A program made the position numbers and the translations under genes. Below the pieces are notes generated by a model. The model had not been told where the DNA came from. It saw only the letters and a list, made by a program, of their open reading frames with translations, and did no database searches. From contig CBFIDD010000002.1 in assembly GCA_965661285.1 (NCBI GenBank), forward strand, positions 32,001 through 96,000: DNA of 64,000 bases. Reading direction: 5' to 3'. The DNA comes from Poseidonia sp. GTDB taxonomy: Archaea > Thermoplasmatota > Poseidoniia > Poseidoniales > Poseidoniaceae. Positions 59,268 to 64,000 of the stretch are shown piece by piece; position 1 is the stretch's first letter; each line of letters starts with the position of its first letter.

Positions 59268-59843
59268 TCAAAGGGGCGGTTGGTGAATCAATTGCATGAG
59301 CTCTTGTCGAGCTTCGGGGCGTTCAAAGAAGACACCGCGCATCGCAGATGTGGTCATAACAGCCTGTTGCTTTGCCACGCCGCGACATTGCATGCATCCG
59401 TGCGAAGCCTCGAGGATGACGGCTGCACCAAGGGGTTCCAGTTCGCGTTCGAGGTCGTCAGCGATGCCCTTCGTGATTCGTTCCTGATTTTGCAGTCGCC
59501 TGGCGTGCAATTCGAGGATTCGGGCCAATTTGCTAATGCCAACGATCCGCTCAACAGGTATGTAGGCAACGTGAGCGCGCCCTCGGAACGGCTGGAGATG
59601 GTGTTCGCAGGTTGAAGTGAATTCGATGTTGCGAAGCAAGACGATGCCATCATACCCCTCGCCGTTGAAGGTGGCTTGCAGAAGTTCACTGGCGTCCATG
59701 TCGTAGCCAGCGAATATCTCGCTCCACGACTCCACCACTCGCTTAGGGGTGTTTTTCAACCCTTCACGCTCGACATTGTCCGTGCCTTCGATGTAGCCCA
59801 ACAGCACGCGTACTGCCTCATGCGCTTCGTCTTCTGTTACCAT
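59268..59843 (-). CDS. folE: GTP cyclohydrolase I (type IA)
   Basis: REGLKNTPKRV, STCEHHLQPF, GISKLAR, RLQNQER, HGCMQCRG; GGAGGA SD before ATG 59843. Confidence 0.96.
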   Translation of the reverse strand: MVTEDEAHEAVRVLLGYIEGTDNVEREGLKNTPKRVVESWSEIFAGYDMDASELLQATFNGEGYDGIVLLRNIEFTSTCEHHLQPFRGRAHVAYIPVERIVGISKLARILELHARRLQNQERITKGIADDLERELEPLGAAVILEASHGCMQCRGVAKQQAVMTTSAMRGVFFERPEARQELMQLIHQPPL

Positions 59844-59844
59844 C

Positions 59845-60012
59845 TCAAATCCTCCTCCCGTGCATCTTGTCAATGGTGTCCAACTGGTCCAACAACTTTC
59901 GACACGCCGTTCGAATGGCATCTGCAAGACTGACAAACTTGTGGTCATCACCGACATGCAGTTTGAGGTCGTCGACCAATTCTTGTGGCATATCAAGTGA
60001 AACCTTGGGCAT
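59845..60012 (-). CDS. Unannotated 55-aa ribbon-helix-helix (CopG/Arc/MetJ-like) regulator
   Basis: Hand translation MPKVSLDMPQELVDDLKLHVGDDHKFVSLADAIRTACRKLLDQLDTIDKMHGRRI*; alternating beta strand, helix, S-x-x-D-A-I-R-x-A helix; stop lies 1 nt before the folE ATG. Confidence 0.82.
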   Translation of the reverse strand: MPKVSLDMPQELVDDLKLHVGDDHKFVSLADAIRTACRKLLDQLDTIDKMHGRRI

Positions 60013-60033
60013 GATGAGCGCTCACTGAGCATT

Positions 60034-60070
60034 GGATATAAGTATTCTTATAGTAATACTATAGGAATAC
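60034..60070. promoter_or_regulatory. TATA box (minus strand TTATAT 60041-60036) plus 14-bp inverted repeat, putative operator
   Basis: GTATTCTTATAGTA-A-TACTATAGGAATAC (60042-60070), 13/14 symmetric and very AT-rich. Confidence 0.72.
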
Positions 60071-60143
60071 CTCAGTCATTTTTCATGTGCTATGTTCACG
60101 GCATGGGCCAATGTTCAAAGGATACCTCGGCAGAAGGCGAACC

Positions 60144-61643
60144 ATGCAGACGGGAGTCACCAAGGACCATGTAGCCCTTCTTCACGAAATCCGTTCCAGT
60201 GTTGGGGACATCACCACACCCGGTCTCCACGACGAAGAGATTCGAGCCTTCCTCGCCCACGACCCCACGCTCGGTCAAGCCATTGACGAGGCATCGAAGC
60301 GCTTTCAAGCGATGGCGCAGGAATATCCCGACTTGTACTTGGATTCCAACGAATTGGAACTGATCACCAAACTCCAAGAAGGATTTGTCAATTTTTACAA
60401 CCCCGCAACGATCAATCCCTACATCGCCCTCGCGGCCCGAGGCCCATGGATCGTCTCCTCCCACGGCGCTGTTATCCACGACAACGGCGGCTACGGTATG
60501 TTGGGGGCCGGACACGGACCAACCGATGTTATTCGGTCCATGTCGGATAACTGGGTGATGGCCAATGTCATGACGGCCTCGTTTTCACAAAAGCGATTGG
60601 AAGAACGTCTTCGAGCCGAACTCGGCCACACACGCGGCTCGTGTCCTTTTGACAAGTTTATCTGCATGAACAGCGGTTCTGAATCGGTTACTGTAAGTCT
60701 GCGAATTGCTGACGTCAATGCGAAACTGATGACGCAGAAAGGCGGCAAACACGAAGGTAAGGACATCAAAATCATGGCTGTCGAGAAAGGTTTCCACGGC
60801 CGAACCGACCGTCCAGCACAAATGTCCCACTCCTGCAAAGGAAAGTATGACAAACACTTGGCGAGCTTCCAAAATCGGGACAACCTCATCCTTGTGCCCG
60901 CAAACGATGTTGAAGCGCTTCAACACGCGTTCACGCAGGCTGAACAGGACAACGTGTTCATTGAACTCCTCGCCATTGAACCCGTGCAAGGCGAAGGCAA
61001 TCCAGGCCAGTGCGTCTCCCGTGAATTTTACGATGCAGCCCGCCGTCTGACCTTGGAACATGACAGCATGCTTCTCGTCGATTCTATTCAAGCCGGTATT
61101 CGCGGCCAAGGCACGCTTTCTGTGGTTGACTACGCTGGGTTTCAGGATTGCGAGGCCCCAGATCTTGAGACATGGTCGAAAGCCATGAATGCAGGACAGT
61201 ATCCTCTCTCTGTGCTCGGGATGAACGAACGGGCATCGAACCTCTACGTCACGGGCATTTACGGAAACACGATGACGACAAACCCGCGAGCGCTTGAAAC
61301 GGCTGTTGCTGTTTTGGACGGCATCACACCTGAGTTGCGGCAAAATATACGAGACCGTGGCGAAGAGTTTGTTGAGAAATTCTCGGCACTCCAACAAGAA
61401 TTCCCTCATGTGATCACAAAAGTTCAGGGAACAGGATTACTCTGCAGCGCCGAACTGGAACCCACACAATTCCCTGTGGTCGGTATGGAGGCCGTAGAAC
61501 CCTGGTGCAGGCGGAGAGGCCTCGGTGTGATTCATGGAGGAGAAAATGCCCTTCGTTTCACGCCCCACTTCAACATCACATCCAAAGAGATCGACCTCCT
61601 TGTGGACATCGTCCGTGAGGCCATCATTGCATTTGGTGCCTAG
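60144..61643 (+). CDS. Class III PLP aminotransferase with N-terminal extension
   Basis: NSGSES, GFHGRT, EPVQGEG, DSIQAG, SKAMNAG, GNTM. Confidence 0.9.
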   Translation: MQTGVTKDHVALLHEIRSSVGDITTPGLHDEEIRAFLAHDPTLGQAIDEASKRFQAMAQEYPDLYLDSNELELITKLQEGFVNFYNPATINPYIALAARGPWIVSSHGAVIHDNGGYGMLGAGHGPTDVIRSMSDNWVMANVMTASFSQKRLEERLRAELGHTRGSCPFDKFICMNSGSESVTVSLRIADVNAKLMTQKGGKHEGKDIKIMAVEKGFHGRTDRPAQMSHSCKGKYDKHLASFQNRDNLILVPANDVEALQHAFTQAEQDNVFIELLAIEPVQGEGNPGQCVSREFYDAARRLTLEHDSMLLVDSIQAGIRGQGTLSVVDYAGFQDCEAPDLETWSKAMNAGQYPLSVLGMNERASNLYVTGIYGNTMTTNPRALETAVAVLDGITPELRQNIRDRGEEFVEKFSALQQEFPHVITKVQGTGLLCSAELEPTQFPVVGMEAVEPWCRRRGLGVIHGGENALRFTPHFNITSKEIDLLVDIVREAIIAFGA

Positions 61644-62857
61644 GAAAGACTCGTCACGATGTCTTCTCGCTTGAATTGGCGGGCTGCATAGTAGGCCGCA
61701 GCGAGCGCATACAGACTTGAAGAAACCAGCCATATGGCAACATGGCCGTACACAATTCTGTTCATCAGCAATTCCCTGAGGGCCAACAAGACATTGACCA
61801 CCGGGATGGCAAACCAGAAGGCCTCAATACCGTCGAGGTTGATGACCTGTGTGAACAATGCAGGAAACAAAATGATGAGGACGGCGGGGCCAAGTATCGA
61901 GCCAGCCTCCTTCACGCTATGAGATCGCATGGCAAGGGCAAGTTCGAACGCCACCACCATGATGGCGAATAACAAGACGGCCAAACACAGGAGCATGAGT
62001 GCCTGCAGCGATACGCTCGGCGTTGAAATGACATCGGATGTTGCCAAATAACCAATGGCAAAAAGCAAACCAGCCACTTGCAAGAGCACACCAACACCTG
62101 TAATGGTCGCCACAGCAAGCCATTTTCCGAGCAGCAACTCCATGCGCGTGCATGGGAGGCCCAGCAACGCCTCCAGTGTTCCCCGCTCCCGTTCCCCCGC
62201 TGTCATGTCAATCGAGGGCTGGATAGCGGATGAAAACGTCCAGACCGAAAGAACCAGTGGAATGAACAACGACAGGGCCATGCCAGCCTGCTCCCCTGAT
62301 GTTGCTGTATCGCTTTGTGAAACATCTCCGTCCCATTGGAGCGGGTCGAGTGTATCTTCCGGGTCAAGCCCTGCCGCTTCTATGCGACGCACGGTTTCGT
62401 TTTCCTCCCAAGTTGACAAAATATCGAATGTTCGGCTACGCGCTTCTATGCTCTGTTCGGACGTCGATAGATAGAGGACAGCGTATTCCAGTATGCTTTC
62501 GTTCATCCGCAACCGAAGAATGACGTCCGTTGACCCGTTCCTTAATCGGTCTTCATCCCCTCCAGATGCCGAGAGTGGGTCCACGGCAGGGAGCGGCTCA
62601 TACGTGATTTCTAACGTCGAATTGTTGAGCAGGAGACCGAGATCTTCCGGAATTTCATCTGCTTGAACCACGACCTCAACCGTGAGTGCATCCAGCTCTG
62701 CCGCCTCTGATGCAAGCAGTAACGGAAACAGAATGAACAGCAGTGGGAACATGAGGAGCGGAATCACCAGAATCGCCAAAATGGTGCGCCAATCGCGTAC
62801 GAACTCAACCAGTTCCTTCTTCGCAATGGCGCGAATTCGAAGGCTGGATTTACTCAT
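61640..62857 (-). CDS. ABC-2 exporter permease (NatB-like)
   Basis: IAKKELVEFVRD, AGERERGTLEALL, LLGKWL, SVKEA. Confidence 0.9.
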   Translation of the reverse strand: MSKSSLRIRAIAKKELVEFVRDWRTILAILVIPLLMFPLLFILFPLLLASEAAELDALTVEVVVQADEIPEDLGLLLNNSTLEITYEPLPAVDPLSASGGDEDRLRNGSTDVILRLRMNESILEYAVLYLSTSEQSIEARSRTFDILSTWEENETVRRIEAAGLDPEDTLDPLQWDGDVSQSDTATSGEQAGMALSLFIPLVLSVWTFSSAIQPSIDMTAGERERGTLEALLGLPCTRMELLLGKWLAVATITGVGVLLQVAGLLFAIGYLATSDVISTPSVSLQALMLLCLAVLLFAIMVVAFELALAMRSHSVKEAGSILGPAVLIILFPALFTQVINLDGIEAFWFAIPVVNVLLALRELLMNRIVYGHVAIWLVSSSLYALAAAYYAARQFKREDIVTSLS

Positions 62858-63674
62858 CCTCGCCCACCTCCTTCGGGGTCTTTGGTGTAAACAGTCCCCG
62901 CCACCATGACGACCATCGAGACAGCGGTTTGTCGTCTTCATGACGCGGTCGTGCTTCGTCCCCCGTCAGAGCCACATAGGCCTCTTCGAGATGTTGAGTT
63001 TGTGTGAGGGCAAGGAGTTCATCCGGGGTTCCATCTGCACGAACTTGCCCGTTGTGTATGATGACAATTCTATTGCAGACGCGTTGTGCTTCCTCCAGTT
63101 GGTGGGTTGAATAGATCACAGTGCCACCCTCTTCGCCGAGTTGATGGACGAGTTGGCGTACCGTTCTTGCACTCGTCACATCCAAACCTGCGGTTGGTTC
63201 GTCAAGCAGCAGTACTCTTGGAGCATGCACCAGCGCTCGGAGCAACGCTGTTTTTTGCCGCATACCGCGAGAAAATCCCTTGGTGTGTCGGCCCAATACA
63301 TCCGCCATGCCCAAATGCTGAGCGAAATACATGGTTCGCCTCCAAGCTTCATCATCGGCAATACCATGGATTCGAGCGTGATAGCGAATATTTTCCCATG
63401 CAGTGAGCCGCGAATACAGTCCTGTATTTTCCGGTACAACACCGAGTTGACTCCTCGCACGCTCAACCTCTGTCCCATCAGAGAGACGAACATCACCCGT
63501 TGTTGGTCGGTAAACCCCTGAAAGCAGTCGCAATAACGTGGTCTTGCCCGCACCGTTTGAACCTACCAGCCCGATGATTTCCCCTTCATGTATGTCCAAG
63601 TCAATGCTTTCCAGTGCTACGACGTCACCGAAGCGCTTGGAGGCACTCCGAACGGAGAGCAGTGCTGGCCTCAT
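62850..63674 (-). CDS. ABC exporter ATP-binding subunit (NatA-like)
   Basis: GSNGAGKTT, FSRGMRQK, LLDEPT, STH. Confidence 0.93.
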   Translation of the reverse strand: MRPALLSVRSASKRFGDVVALESIDLDIHEGEIIGLVGSNGAGKTTLLRLLSGVYRPTTGDVRLSDGTEVERARSQLGVVPENTGLYSRLTAWENIRYHARIHGIADDEAWRRTMYFAQHLGMADVLGRHTKGFSRGMRQKTALLRALVHAPRVLLLDEPTAGLDVTSARTVRQLVHQLGEEGGTVIYSTHQLEEAQRVCNRIVIIHNGQVRADGTPDELLALTQTQHLEEAYVALTGDEARPRHEDDKPLSRWSSWWRGLFTPKTPKEVGEDE

Positions 63675-63681
63675 CGCCAGC

Positions 63682-63990
63682 TCAACTCGCACGACCTGAT
63701 TCAACAGCCCAGTTTAGTCCCGGGTGTTTTGATTCTATTCGATTCGCTCGCATCAGTGTTGAGCGCAAGTGCTCTTGAATCTCGGCTTGGGGTACGCCCA
63801 TGTCGATCATGTTGGCGACCAGCTCAATCGCACCTTGAATCGCCCCTGCATCCAAGTAAGCTTCGTTGGAGATGGAGCGTTGAACTCGGAGTTCCTCCAA
63901 TCGACCAGCAAGGTAGTGAACTTCACCCTTCAGTTTTGGTGCATCAATGTAAGGCAGGGCTAGCAATTGGTCAATGCAGGTCCTCATCAT
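63682..63990 (-). CDS. Hypothetical helical protein
   Basis: 102-aa ORF co-oriented and 7 nt from the ABC ATPase start; at the window edge. Confidence 0.6.
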   Translation of the reverse strand: MMRTCIDQLLALPYIDAPKLKGEVHYLAGRLEELRVQRSISNEAYLDAGAIQGAIELVANMIDMGVPQAEIQEHLRSTLMRANRIESKHPGLNWAVESGRAS

Positions 63991-64000
63991 CCTACTTATG

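Noticed and set aside
56980-60012. dpd-type DNA modification island or prophage
   Set aside because: No dpdA/tgt paralogue, integrase or phage genes in the window; the flanks are housekeeping genes.
59844-60070. preQ1 riboswitch upstream of folE
   Set aside because: The space is occupied by the RHH ORF and its promoter, and I recognised no preQ1 aptamer.
148-63963. Numerous long antisense or alternate-frame ORFs (e.g. 148-969, 40223-40969, 60585-61409)
   Set aside because: They are shadows of well-supported genes in a moderately GC-rich genome and carry no recognisable motifs.

Overview
Gene-dense archaeal chromosomal window. It carries rps19e, rpl39e, rpl31e, rps17e, PDCD5, archease, a tRNA splicing endonuclease, geranylgeranyl reductase and an archaeal-type SRP RNA. 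Many bacterial-like genes and large acidic surface proteins are also present, which fits Marine Group II (Ca. Poseidoniales); that taxonomy is inferred. I saw no mobile elements, CRISPR arrays, tRNAs or rRNAs. Main points: (1) a preQ0 operon folE-queE-queC-queD in which a Cys-less QueC is fused in frame to a complete MsrB. It is headed by a 55-aa ribbon-helix-helix gene missing from the ORF track, with a 14-bp palindrome next to its TATA box. (2) A TatC-like protein fused to a Cys-rich HdrA-N/MvhD-like domain, lying between two secreted proteins whose sequences begin MRR. (3) An operon of a surface protein, an unannotated 57-aa 2-TM protein and a PqqD-like protein. (4) A wHTH-TerB / degenerate HldE-like kinase / archease operon divergent from endA. 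(5) A recurrent non-canonical TT[CG]AA[AG] promoter box about 24-30 nt upstream of many start codons. All family calls come from motifs recognised by eye; no database searches were run.
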